A stretch of DNA of 64,000 bases. Source: an uncultured Desulfospira sp. GTDB taxonomy: Bacteria > Desulfobacterota > Desulfobacteria > Desulfobacterales > Desulfobacteraceae. The position numbers were made by a program, and so were the translations under genes. The notes beneath the pieces were generated by a model. It had not been told where the DNA came from, searched no databases, and worked only from the letters and a program-made list of their open reading frames with translations. Shown here piece after piece: positions 30,893-40,346 of this stretch. Every line of letters starts with the position of its first letter. Within the stretch, counting starts at the first letter, position 1. Location: the NCBI GenBank assembly GCA_963663165.1, contig OY760175.1:3712001-3776000 (forward strand), written 5' to 3'.

Positions 30893-31732
30893 ATGGACTT
30901 TAAAAATTTTGGCGTAAATATAGAAAAAGTTATTGATACCATCACGGTATGGGCCACCACCTATTCGGTTAAAATTGTAGCGGCCCTTCTGGTTTTCATC
31001 ATTGGAAAATGGCTGGCCAGAAAAATTTCCATCCTGGTCAAAAAAATCCTGGAAAGAAACAAAGTGGATGTCACCCTGGTTAATTTTCTTGAGGGGATTA
31101 TCTACTATGCCCTTCTGATTCTGGTCCTGATTGCGGCCGCCGGACAGCTGGGCATTAACACCACCTCCTTTTTGACCATTGTGGGCGCTGCCGGCTTAGC
31201 CGTTGGCCTTGCTTTGAAAGATTCCCTTTCCAACTTTGCTTCCGGTGTGATGCTCATCCTTTTCCGGCCGTTCAAAGTAGGGGATTATGTCACCATCGCC
31301 GGCGTGAGCGGCACGGTTCAGCGCATTGATATTTTCAACACCATTTTGCATACTGTGGACAACCAGAAGCTCATCGTTCCCAATTCCGGCGTGACCGGTG
31401 ACATCATCACCAATGTAACGGCCAATAATACCCGGCGGATTGATCTGGTCATCGGTATCAGTTACAGCGACGACATTCCAAAGGCCAAACAGGTGCTGGA
31501 AGACATTATAAAATCGGAGGAACGGGTCCTGGAAATTCCCAAACCCACCATTGCCGTATCCGAACTGGCAGACTCCAGCGTAAACCTGGTGGTCAGGCCC
31601 TGGGTTAAAACCAGCGACTACTGGGATGTATATTTTGCCCTGACGGAAAAAATTAAATTGACATTTGATGAAAAAGGGGTCAGTTTTCCCTTTCCCCAGC
31701 AGGACGTTCACCTGTTCAAAGCCGAGTCCTAG
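30893..31732 (+). CDS. mscS: Small-conductance mechanosensitive channel
   Basis: 'GAAGLAVGLALKDSLSNFASGVMLILFRPFKVGD', 'FPFPQQDVH'. Confidence 0.93.
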   Translation: MDFKNFGVNIEKVIDTITVWATTYSVKIVAALLVFIIGKWLARKISILVKKILERNKVDVTLVNFLEGIIYYALLILVLIAAAGQLGINTTSFLTIVGAAGLAVGLALKDSLSNFASGVMLILFRPFKVGDYVTIAGVSGTVQRIDIFNTILHTVDNQKLIVPNSGVTGDIITNVTANNTRRIDLVIGISYSDDIPKAKQVLEDIIKSEERVLEIPKPTIAVSELADSSVNLVVRPWVKTSDYWDVYFALTEKIKLTFDEKGVSFPFPQQDVHLFKAES

Positions 31733-31838
31733 CCGAACCTGTTTGGATTTTTAAAGGTGCTATCAGCAAAGGCTTTCCGTCAATTGTGAGAGGCAGACTC
31801 TCAATGAAAAGCGGCAAGCCGCTAAAGGAGACTTTATT

Positions 31839-33047
31839 TTGGAAGACAAGAATATCATCCGCTTTGCCAGCCGCATGGACCAGCTGCCGCCTTATCTTTT
31901 CGGCATGATTAATAAAATGAAAATGGAAAAGCGGCGCAAAGGGGATGATGTCATCGACCTTGGCATGGGAAACCCCATGGACCCCACGCCGGACGCCGTA
32001 ATCGACAAGCTCGTTGAAGTGGCCAAGGACCCCAAGGCCCACCGGTATCCGGAAAGTTCGGGCATGCCCCACTTAAAGCTTCAGATCTCAAAGTATTACA
32101 AACGCCACTATGACATTGATCTGGACCCGGAAAAGGAAACTTATTTTACCATTGGCTCCAAAGAAGGCATCTCCCATCTGTGCCTGGCCATCATGGGGCC
32201 CGGAGACTCGGTTCTGGTTCCGGCACCGGCCTTTCCCATCCATATCTATGCGGCGGTCATTGCCGGGGCCAATGTCATGAAAATCCCCATTGAACCTGAA
32301 GCCGGATTCCTGGACCGGATCATCAACATCTGCGAGTCCTGTTACCCGGGTCCCAAGGTCCTCATGCTCAACTACCCCCACAACCCCACCGGTGTGGTCA
32401 CGGACAAGCACTTTTATAAAGAGATCGTTCAGCTGGCCAAACGGTTCCGGTTCATGGTGATCAATGACTTTGCCTATTCCAAAATCACCTTTGACGGATA
32501 TAAGGCCCCCAGTTTCCTGGAAGTGGATGGCGCCAAAGACGTTGGGGTCGAGTTCGGGTCATTTTCAAAATCCTACAACATGGCTGGATGGCGGATCGGC
32601 TATTGTGTGGGCAATGAACAGATCGTCGCCGCACTGGGCAAGATCAAGGGATATTTTGACTACGGCATCTTCTCGGCCATCCAGGTGGCCGGCATCATTG
32701 CCTTAAGGGATTGCGACGAGACCATCCCCGAGCTTGCAAAGGTATACGAAACCCGGCGGGATGTCTTGTGTTCAGGGCTTGAACGTATCGGATGGGACAT
32801 CACAAAACCCAAGGCCGGCATGTTTGTCTGGGCCAAAATTCCCGAACCCTTTGCCAAGATGGGCTCCATGCAGTTTGCCATTGAAATGATGGACCGGGCC
32901 AATGTGGCCGTGGCCCCGGGAACCGGTTTCAGTGACGAGGGTGAAGGCTACCTGCGCCTGGCCCTGGTGGAAAATGAAGAACGGCTGCGCCAGGCCATCC
33001 GGCAGATGAAAAAAGCCATGGACGGAATGAAAGAGATAAGCTGTTAG
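31839..33047 (+). CDS. alaC: Class I/II PLP aminotransferase (AlaC-like)
   Basis: 'LPPYLF', 'DLGMGNP', 'NYPHNPTG', 'SFSKSYNMAGWRIG'. Confidence 0.75.
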   Translation: MEDKNIIRFASRMDQLPPYLFGMINKMKMEKRRKGDDVIDLGMGNPMDPTPDAVIDKLVEVAKDPKAHRYPESSGMPHLKLQISKYYKRHYDIDLDPEKETYFTIGSKEGISHLCLAIMGPGDSVLVPAPAFPIHIYAAVIAGANVMKIPIEPEAGFLDRIINICESCYPGPKVLMLNYPHNPTGVVTDKHFYKEIVQLAKRFRFMVINDFAYSKITFDGYKAPSFLEVDGAKDVGVEFGSFSKSYNMAGWRIGYCVGNEQIVAALGKIKGYFDYGIFSAIQVAGIIALRDCDETIPELAKVYETRRDVLCSGLERIGWDITKPKAGMFVWAKIPEPFAKMGSMQFAIEMMDRANVAVAPGTGFSDEGEGYLRLALVENEERLRQAIRQMKKAMDGMKEISC

Positions 33048-33160
33048 CTTTTAGCTAATTAGCTGTTAACCTTTAGCTTTCCAAGCGAATAAAGGTAACA
33101 AATGAAAATTTTAAATTTTCATTTTTCAGGTTCCGGTTTCCGATTTCCGTTCTCCGGTTT
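33041..33160 (+). repeat. Two short heptamer runs (CTGTTAG-type; TTCCGGT-type)
   Basis: ctgttag-cttttag-ctaattag-ctgttaa-cctttag over the aminotransferase stop; ttcagg-ttccggt-ttccgat-ttccgtt-ctccggt in the ktrB 5' end. Confidence 0.55.
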
Positions 33161-34508
33161 TTTCAATTCTCCGGGGCGGATTTCCATTTTTGGTTACCTG
33201 CTGCTGATTCTTCTGGGAAGCGGGCTTCTCATGCTGCCCGCCTGCCTGAAAACCAATGGGCTGCATTATATTGACGCCCTGTTTACAGCGGCGTCAGCCG
33301 TCTGTGTCACCGGCCTTTCAACCGTTGATACGGCAGGGACATTCACCACCGCCGGCAGAACCGTTATCCTGGTTCTGATCCAGGTGGGCGGCATCGGGAT
33401 CATGGTGTTGTCCACGGTGTTTTTGCTGACGCTTGGCCGGAAAGTCAGCATGACCGGCCGGATTCTGATCCGGGACACTTACAGCTTTACCCATGGCAAC
33501 CGGGTCCAGTCCCTGGTCTGGGATGTCATCAAATTCACTCTGGTCATTGAGGCCGTTGGTGCCGGGGTTCTCTTTTTCAGGTTTTATCCGTCCCAGCCCC
33601 TTGAAACGGCTTTGTTCAACTCGGTTTTTCATTCCATATCCGCCTTTTGCAATGCCGGATTCTGCCTGTTTGACAACTCTTTTACCGCATACCGGTCGGA
33701 CTGGATCGTGAACCTGGACATCTGCCTGCTCATTATCCTGGGAGGAATCGGATTTGTGGTGCTCAGCGAGGTAAAAGACAAATTTTCTTCAAACCGGCGG
33801 CGGGCCTGGTCGTTTTTGAGCCTGCACAGCAAGCTGGTCATCATCAGCACCCTGGTGCTGATGATCGTCAGCACCCTTTTAATTTTTGGCCTGGAATGGT
33901 CCAATACCCTGGCCGGGATGCCCTTTCATACCCGGTTCCTGGCGGCTTTTTTCCAGGCAGTCAATGCCCGGACCGCCGGGTTTAATACCCTGGCCATAGG
34001 AGACCTGACCAATGAAACCCTGTTTATCATTATCATATTGATGTTTATCGGGGCAGCGCCCGGCTCCTGCGGCGGCGGGGTCAAGGTGACCACCTGCTCG
34101 AGCATCTTTTTGCTGGGATTTCACCGGTTCCTTGGCCGGGAACGGCTGCTGATTTTCCACCGCCGTATTTCCGAAGAAAGTATTTCAAAGGCATTGAGCC
34201 TGGTGCTGATCAGTTTTGCCATAGCCACCATTGGGATTATCATGATCCAGCAGTTTGAGTTGGGAGAAATCTCCCACCAGCAAACCCGGGGATTGTTTCT
34301 GGAATACATGTTTGAAATCATCAGCGCCTTTGGTACGGTGGGGCTGAGCACCGGCGTGACCCCCGGCCTTTCCTGGGCAGGAAAATGCCTGGTCATCACC
34401 ATGATGTTCATTGGCAGGCTTGGTCCTATAGCCATTGCGGTCGCCGTGAGCAAAAAAGGACAGTCCAGGCATTTTTCCTATGCAACAGAAAACATCATGA
34501 TAGGATAA
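33102..34508 (+). CDS. ktrB: Ktr/Trk potassium uptake membrane subunit
   Basis: Four pore loops 'SAVCVTGL', 'SAFCNAGF', 'ARTAGF', 'SAFGTVGLS'. Confidence 0.9.
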   Translation: MKILNFHFSGSGFRFPFSGFFNSPGRISIFGYLLLILLGSGLLMLPACLKTNGLHYIDALFTAASAVCVTGLSTVDTAGTFTTAGRTVILVLIQVGGIGIMVLSTVFLLTLGRKVSMTGRILIRDTYSFTHGNRVQSLVWDVIKFTLVIEAVGAGVLFFRFYPSQPLETALFNSVFHSISAFCNAGFCLFDNSFTAYRSDWIVNLDICLLIILGGIGFVVLSEVKDKFSSNRRRAWSFLSLHSKLVIISTLVLMIVSTLLIFGLEWSNTLAGMPFHTRFLAAFFQAVNARTAGFNTLAIGDLTNETLFIIIILMFIGAAPGSCGGGVKVTTCSSIFLLGFHRFLGRERLLIFHRRISEESISKALSLVLISFAIATIGIIMIQQFELGEISHQQTRGLFLEYMFEIISAFGTVGLSTGVTPGLSWAGKCLVITMMFIGRLGPIAIAVAVSKKGQSRHFSYATENIMIG

Positions 34509-34635
34509 ATGTTTGGCCGAAAACTCACCCATCTGCTGCGTTGCTGCAAAAATTTGAAATCCTCACATACTTTGAGTATGTTCCGGTTTCAAATTTTTTT
34601 GCGCCTTGCATATGGGCAAGTTTTCAGCCAAACAT
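34509..34635. repeat. 127-bp palindromic element (family A), full copy
   Basis: atgtttgg...ccaaacat ends; GCGTTGC / GCGCCTTGC; central catac-tttga-gtatg. Confidence 0.85.
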
Positions 34636-34711
34636 GACCACATCAGTGCCCCATCTTGGCTGGCCTTCTCACATAGCAACAGTATGCTACGAAGTCCTGA
34701 CTAACGGCCAC

Positions 34712-34759
34712 GGGCCGTCTTGGTTATCCAACCAAGAACCGCCCACAACGAAAAATGAA
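34712..34759 (-). repeat. Repeat family B copy
   Basis: taacggccacgggccgtcttggttatccaaccaagaaccgcccacaacg closely matches the reverse complement of 59231-59279. Confidence 0.85.
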
Positions 34760-34840
34760 GCACTGATGAACAGTTACAGCCCCTGATTTTTGTTTATTTT
34801 CAGCCAAACATGACCGCAGCAGTGTAAAGGATAAAAGACA

Positions 34841-35494
34841 ATGAAACAATTTTTAGTGGTGGGGCTTGGCAATTTCGGGTTTTACCTGGCCACCCATCTG
34901 TTTGAAAAAGGCCATGAAGTCATGGCCATCGATAAAAACCCGACCCTGGTACAGAACATCAAAAATCAGGTCACCCAGGCCGTGGTGGCCGATGCCACGG
35001 ATGCTTTGGCCCTGCAGGAACTTGGCGTAAAAGACGTGGATACCGCCATTGTGAGCATCGGGTCTATTTTGGGAAATTCCATTCTCACGGTCATGAACCT
35101 TCAGGAGGCCGGAATCCCCCATATCGTTGCCAAGGCCATCAGCGATCCCCACAGGAAAATCCTGGAAAAGCTGGGGGTCAAAGATATCTCCTTTCCGGAA
35201 AAAGACATGGCCCTGTCCATGGCCGCCCGCCTGGACAACCCCAATCTGATCGATTACCTGGCCTTTATGGAAGGATACGGGATCATTGAACTGGCGGTTC
35301 CCCGAAAATTTGTGGGCAAGACCTTAAAGCAGATCAACCTGACCAACAAATACGGGGTCCAGGTGGTGGCCATCCGGGAACTGGTGCCCGAAAGAATAAG
35401 GTTTATCCCCAAAGCCGAGTTTGTCCTCAAAGACAGCGATATCATGATCCTTCTGGGATCAGACCAGGGCCTGGAAAAACTAAAAACCGTTTAA
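34841..35494 (+). CDS. ktrA: Ktr/Trk potassium uptake RCK subunit
   Basis: 'VVGLGNFG' NAD-binding RCK N-domain plus TrkA-C. Confidence 0.9.
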   Translation: MKQFLVVGLGNFGFYLATHLFEKGHEVMAIDKNPTLVQNIKNQVTQAVVADATDALALQELGVKDVDTAIVSIGSILGNSILTVMNLQEAGIPHIVAKAISDPHRKILEKLGVKDISFPEKDMALSMAARLDNPNLIDYLAFMEGYGIIELAVPRKFVGKTLKQINLTNKYGVQVVAIRELVPERIRFIPKAEFVLKDSDIMILLGSDQGLEKLKTV

Positions 35495-35634
35495 AGGCAT
35501 CCGACTGTCAGCTATAAAATGCCACCTTATTGGGTCAATTTCGACTCCTGTTAATTACCCACTGGTTGACAAAAAGGAAGGTCCTGACCTATTTTAATAA
35601 TTTTCATGACCAGATGTAACAAAGGAACCATTTA

Positions 35635-36399
35635 ATGCCACAATATAATAACTCTATTGAAAACGGTGGAAAAATCCTTTCTTTGTTCACCCAGTCACGC
35701 CCAAGGTGGGGAATCTCTGAGATTGCCAGAGAATTAGGGCTTTCCAAAACCACAGCCTTTAACCTGGTTTATACTTTGGAAAAAATTGATTTCCTTGTAA
35801 AAAATGAAGAAACTCAGAAATACGAGTTGGGAATCCGTTTGGCCTCCATCGGGTCAATCATGGTTGCCAACATGGAACTGAATCAGAAAAGTGCCGGTAT
35901 CATACAAGAACTGGCGTCAACTTCCGGACTTTCATGCCGGATGGGAATCTGGCATCAGGATGGTGTCCTTGTTGTCTTTAGCGGCTCTCCAACCAACCTT
36001 CCCCAACCCCCGTCATATCAGGCCGGGCCCAGGGTTCCGGGATATAGCACTGCCATGGGCCGTGCTATATTATCAAAGATGCATTCTGATGAAGTTACCC
36101 GGTATTTAGACCGGATACAGCTTATCAAATATACGTCAGCGACCAAGATTAAAAAGCAGGAGATATTAAAAGAACTGGCGGATACCCAAGAAAGAGGGTT
36201 TTCCATATGCAATGGTGAAATGATTTATGGATCTTCAGCCCTGGGGGCCCCCATCATCAACAATAAAAACATTCCCGTTGGAGGGATTTCTCTTGTGGGC
36301 GAGTCCGAGCTTGTTCTCGGGCCCAAAATGAAACACCATGCCAATGCTATCTGCCGTGGGGCACAACAGATTTCGCAAAGTCTGGGATTTGGCGTTTGA
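35635..36399 (+). CDS. IclR-family transcriptional regulator
   Basis: HTH 'GISEIARELGLSKTTAFNLVYTL', 'YSTAMGRAIL'. Confidence 0.92.
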   Translation: MPQYNNSIENGGKILSLFTQSRPRWGISEIARELGLSKTTAFNLVYTLEKIDFLVKNEETQKYELGIRLASIGSIMVANMELNQKSAGIIQELASTSGLSCRMGIWHQDGVLVVFSGSPTNLPQPPSYQAGPRVPGYSTAMGRAILSKMHSDEVTRYLDRIQLIKYTSATKIKKQEILKELADTQERGFSICNGEMIYGSSALGAPIINNKNIPVGGISLVGESELVLGPKMKHHANAICRGAQQISQSLGFGV

Positions 36400-36426
36400 G
36401 ATCCCTTTATCCGGTATTAACCATAG

Positions 36427-36454
36427 GGCAGTGCCCATTCTGATGGGCACTGCC
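36427..36454. terminator. Bidirectional terminator between convergent iclR and dctP
   Basis: ggcagtgcccat-tctg-atgggcactgcc. Confidence 0.75.
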
Positions 36455-36462
36455 TTTCTGCT

Positions 36463-37494
36463 TTACTCAAACTGCTTTGTCAACTCCACGGCTCTCTCAT
36501 ATACGGTTTTACCGGGTTTTCCGATCCGTTCCATTTTTTGAATCCATTCCTCCGTAAGCCCTTTTCCAAGCCCCCACCATTGTTTCATCTCTTCGTTAGT
36601 GGGTTTGTAAATCATTTGTCCAAGCTTACGGGCCTTTTCCATGGATTCTTCCATGCATTGTATCCCGGACTCCGGATAATGGTCTGCCAGCCATTCATTG
36701 GCCGCCTCAAATCCCTTTTGAACATCCGCAGGAAGGCTGTCCCATTTTTTCTTGCTCATGATGGCACTATAAATCCCTCTTCCCAGGTGCATGTCGGTGT
36801 GGTAAGGCAGCAACTCGACGCACCCCCGTGAATCCGCCACGTTGAGCGGGGCAAATACGCCGTCTCCAAGTTTCCTTTCCAGGGACATGTACCAGTCAGG
36901 GGATCCCAGGCTTAAAGGAATAGCACCAGCCGCCTTCATAAGCTTTACGGCTTCCCCGGTGGCGATAATTTTCAACCCCTTTAAATCAGAAGGGACACGA
37001 ACCGGTTTTTCAGTCGTATGAACAGCGTTTCCACTCATACTGAATGAACGCACCAGCACTTTGTAGTCTTTAACTTCGTCTCTCATTTCAGGGAACTCAT
37101 CTAATAACTGCTCCCAGACAAAACGGCCGTCTTTGGCTGTCGGAATATGAAAGGTAATACTGCGCATGACAATATTGAGCCCCATTTGTGTTGCTTCATA
37201 TGCATACGCCAGCCAGCCGATATCGGTTATGCCGCTCTTTACGGCATCCAGGCAATCCTCCATTCGCACCAGGGTGCCGTCGCCATACACGGTAATGTCG
37301 ACCTGGCCATTTGTCTCCTTTTTTACCCGGTCAGCGTATTCCAAAAAATACTTATGCTGAAGCGTGACACTTGGAATGTGGTGGGCAAATTTCAGTTTAA
37401 TTTTATTGCCTGATGCGGCAAACAGATGTGAACTTCCCGAAAAGAACGAAATAGCAGCTGAAACAGTCAGAACAATAAGCCATTGTTTTCTCAT
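36463..37494 (-). CDS. dctP: TRAP transporter substrate-binding protein
   Basis: Signal peptide, 'KLKFAHH', 'DLKGLKI', 'WYMSLERKLGDG'. Confidence 0.88.
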   Translation of the reverse strand: MRKQWLIVLTVSAAISFFSGSSHLFAASGNKIKLKFAHHIPSVTLQHKYFLEYADRVKKETNGQVDITVYGDGTLVRMEDCLDAVKSGITDIGWLAYAYEATQMGLNIVMRSITFHIPTAKDGRFVWEQLLDEFPEMRDEVKDYKVLVRSFSMSGNAVHTTEKPVRVPSDLKGLKIIATGEAVKLMKAAGAIPLSLGSPDWYMSLERKLGDGVFAPLNVADSRGCVELLPYHTDMHLGRGIYSAIMSKKKWDSLPADVQKGFEAANEWLADHYPESGIQCMEESMEKARKLGQMIYKPTNEEMKQWWGLGKGLTEEWIQKMERIGKPGKTVYERAVELTKQFE

Positions 37495-37547
37495 TTTACT
37501 CTTTTCTCCTTAACGATTAAAATTCATAAAATATTTAAACCACGCAA

Positions 37548-37769
37548 CTATCCAAAACTCACCAAAACCGGCACTTTCTTTTCCGGAGATACGGTAATGG
37601 CCCCTTCCGGGCAATCCCGTTCACAAAAAAGACAGACCATACACTCTTCGGGGTATTTGATAACCGCCTTTTGAGTCACAGTATCCATTCTGATCACATC
37701 CATCGGGCAACTGTCGATACAGGTGCCGCACCCCATACACAAATTCATATCAATTATCTCAATGCTCAT
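37548..37769 (-). CDS. 2x[4Fe-4S] ferredoxin (AprB/AsfB-like)
   Basis: CMGCGTCIDSCP and CMVCLFCERDCP. Confidence 0.9.
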   Translation of the reverse strand: MSIEIIDMNLCMGCGTCIDSCPMDVIRMDTVTQKAVIKYPEECMVCLFCERDCPEGAITVSPEKKVPVLVSFG

Positions 37770-37803
37770 TTTTTATGTTATGCCCATCCGGTTATGTTAT
37801 TGA

Positions 37804-39555
37804 TTATGATTGATCTTCCATTGGCAGTACTCTCGGATACCTTTCCCCATACGGTGCCGAGATATCCGGCCGCCAATCCTCAGGAACCGGTTCTTTTTGT
37901 AATACCATCTGCCCGTTGCGGCACTGAATTTTAACCCATGCCAGCCAGTCGGGGTCATTACGAAGGGGAAAGTCTTCTCTGAAGTGGGCACCACGGCTTT
38001 CTGTTCTAAACAAAGACGCCCTGAGCGCCATTTCAGTATTAAGCGCCATATTCCGTATTTCCAATGCGAGTCTCCATTCGTGGGGATCCCGGGCTTTGAG
38101 CTTCGGTACCAGATGCTGATTCATAAACTCAACAAACGTAAGGGCTGCTGTCAGTCGTTTTTGATGCTTAATATTAAAAATAAAGTACGGTACGGTAAAA
38201 GACTGAAGCACCTGTGTCAACCACCTTGGCCCAAAACCGCCTTTTCTTTCCATGGGCCGGCAGACAGTTGTTTTCAAGCGGGTCACTGTCGCTTCATCGA
38301 CAGAAGTCTTTTTATTTTCCCTGGCATATTTCGCTGCACCGGTTCCGGCCCGTGCGCCAGTGACCGTTGCATGGCAAAGCCCGATCCCCATCCCGGAATA
38401 AGCGGCGCCGCTGACCATTGAAGCGCAGTTGTTTCCGGCGCAATACAAGCCGGGAAGATTGCATGCGCAAAACTGATCAACCGGCCATATCCCGGCCCCG
38501 GCATGGATGTTCTGGGCGGAGGTTTCCCGGCCTGCAGAATACTCAAGCAGGTCTGTTTCAAATACGTTCAGGCCGATTTTATCAACTTCCAGAGTGCCCA
38601 TCCGGTCAAAAAACTGTTCCGCGCTTTGTTTTCTTTCCGGTGAAAGGTTCCGGTAGTCAATATATAAGGGCAGGCGGCCGCAGTGGGCTTCCCAGGCAGC
38701 GGTCAGAACCGGCCCGCCCTCGGCGTTTAAAACCGGCCAGACCATCGGTCCCATAAGTCCGCTGCGAAAAGAGGGATACCGCGACAAGATATCGATATCC
38801 TCATCACTGTCAATGTCCGGGGGCAGGAGAGAACCTCCTTCCGGTTCATTGTTTTGGGATCTCAGGTATCTGCCCGGATCCCCGATAAATTCCTTTCCGG
38901 ACACCACAGCCCCGGCTCTATAACCCATGGCATGTCCATCCGAAGTCCAGTAATGGATGGGTTTGGCTTCAATTTTGGCACTGCTTCCGCCTGCCGCCAG
39001 GACAATGGCTTTGGTTTTAAATACATATAGATCTCCTTTCACACCGTGAAAGCCGATCCCCCCCGCGATGACCCCATCCTGGTTGATCAATTCTCCCATC
39101 ACGATCCGGTCAATGATCCGGACGCCGGCATTAAGGACGTGCCGGCGAAGCGTCGGCGCATATTCCCGGTGCTTCATGCAATGATGTTCGGTTACGCCGT
39201 AGCGGCCGCTGAGTATGTTGCCGCCCTTACGGTAGAATTTTACGCCCCATGATGACAGGTCATTATATCTGTCAATGGAATCCTCCAATAAAATCCGGCA
39301 CCAGTCCCTGTTGACAAGATATTCGCCGGCTTTCGCCATCTGGGTGATCCAGGACGCCATATCCTGATGGATGGCAGGATCAAAAAAAGTGAAATCCCCT
39401 TCAGCGAAGTGGGTCGCGCCTGATTTTCCGGCATACCCCTTATCCACCAAAATAACGTTATCAACATATTTTCTGGCGTTGACTGCGGCGAAAAGACCGG
39501 CAAATCCCCCGCCAATAACCAGAACATCAGCTTCTATTATATTTACAGCCATCAA
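37804..39555 (-). CDS. SdhA/FrdA/AprA-superfamily flavoprotein (non-canonical)
   Basis: 'DVLVIGGGFAG', 'DKGYAGKSGAT', 'GLYCAG', C-terminal 'RTESRGAHFREDFP'. Confidence 0.85.
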   Translation of the reverse strand: MMAVNIIEADVLVIGGGFAGLFAAVNARKYVDNVILVDKGYAGKSGATHFAEGDFTFFDPAIHQDMASWITQMAKAGEYLVNRDWCRILLEDSIDRYNDLSSWGVKFYRKGGNILSGRYGVTEHHCMKHREYAPTLRRHVLNAGVRIIDRIVMGELINQDGVIAGGIGFHGVKGDLYVFKTKAIVLAAGGSSAKIEAKPIHYWTSDGHAMGYRAGAVVSGKEFIGDPGRYLRSQNNEPEGGSLLPPDIDSDEDIDILSRYPSFRSGLMGPMVWPVLNAEGGPVLTAAWEAHCGRLPLYIDYRNLSPERKQSAEQFFDRMGTLEVDKIGLNVFETDLLEYSAGRETSAQNIHAGAGIWPVDQFCACNLPGLYCAGNNCASMVSGAAYSGMGIGLCHATVTGARAGTGAAKYARENKKTSVDEATVTRLKTTVCRPMERKGGFGPRWLTQVLQSFTVPYFIFNIKHQKRLTAALTFVEFMNQHLVPKLKARDPHEWRLALEIRNMALNTEMALRASLFRTESRGAHFREDFPLRNDPDWLAWVKIQCRNGQMVLQKEPVPEDWRPDISAPYGERYPRVLPMEDQS

Positions 39556-39638
39556 CCACTTACCTCCGATAAATCAAAAGACATTAAACCCGTTCTTTAT
39601 GCAGCGTGCGTGAGTAGAGTTGTTATTAAATTAAATAT

Positions 39639-39780
39639 AATCTTATATTATGAACGATTATCCTTATTAGTACAATACGTTCATATAAAAAGTCAATGGA
39701 AAATATAATACAAAAATAAATATTGACATCATAAAACAAAAGAGTTTATAAATAACCATATTCGTTCTTAAATAAAGAAC
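39639..39780. promoter_or_regulatory. AT-rich divergent promoter region with candidate IclR operators
   Basis: Palindrome GTTCTT-N5-AAGAAC at 39764-39780, weaker matches at 39639 and 39679; TTGACA-18-TATAAA at 39723-39752. Confidence 0.5.
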
Positions 39781-39842
39781 AAAATAGCACCATCCATTTA
39801 ACAAGAAAAGTAAAACGCACGGCTTAAGAAAAGGTAAAGACC

Positions 39843-40346
39843 ATGATCCGAGATCTTTTGGTACAGGCTGAAAAAGTTGCTGCGATTGTTGGAAAAATAA
39901 CGGCGCTTTCCGGCGCTGTTATTCTAATGGCAATGATGCTTCTCACGGTTATAGATGTGCTGTTGCGATTTCTTTTTCACCGGCCCATTATGGGCGGTCT
40001 GGAAATAATCCAGGTCATGATGGTGTCCATTTCGTTCATAACGATGATATATAGTACAATCCAAAAGAGTCACATCAAAGTTGATATTCTGACCAGCTAT
40101 ATTCCAAAACCAATACAACAGATTATTGACAGCATCTTTTATGTAATCTGCATTGTATTCTTTGTGATCATAAGTTGGAAAAACTTTGGGGCCGCCCTTC
40201 ACTTAAAAAAGGTGTGCCAGATGACCGACATCCTGGAGATTCCCATTTATCCTTTCTATCTGCTGATTTCGGCAGCATCAACAATCTTGATGCTGCTATT
40301 GTTACTATATTTACTCCATATCATTCTTAGGACAGAAGAAAAATGA
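39843..40346 (+). CDS. dctQ: TRAP transporter small permease
   Basis: Four TM segments, 'DVLLRF', 'HIKVDIL'. Confidence 0.88.
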   Translation: MIRDLLVQAEKVAAIVGKITALSGAVILMAMMLLTVIDVLLRFLFHRPIMGGLEIIQVMMVSISFITMIYSTIQKSHIKVDILTSYIPKPIQQIIDSIFYVICIVFFVIISWKNFGAALHLKKVCQMTDILEIPIYPFYLLISAASTILMLLLLLYLLHIILRTEEK

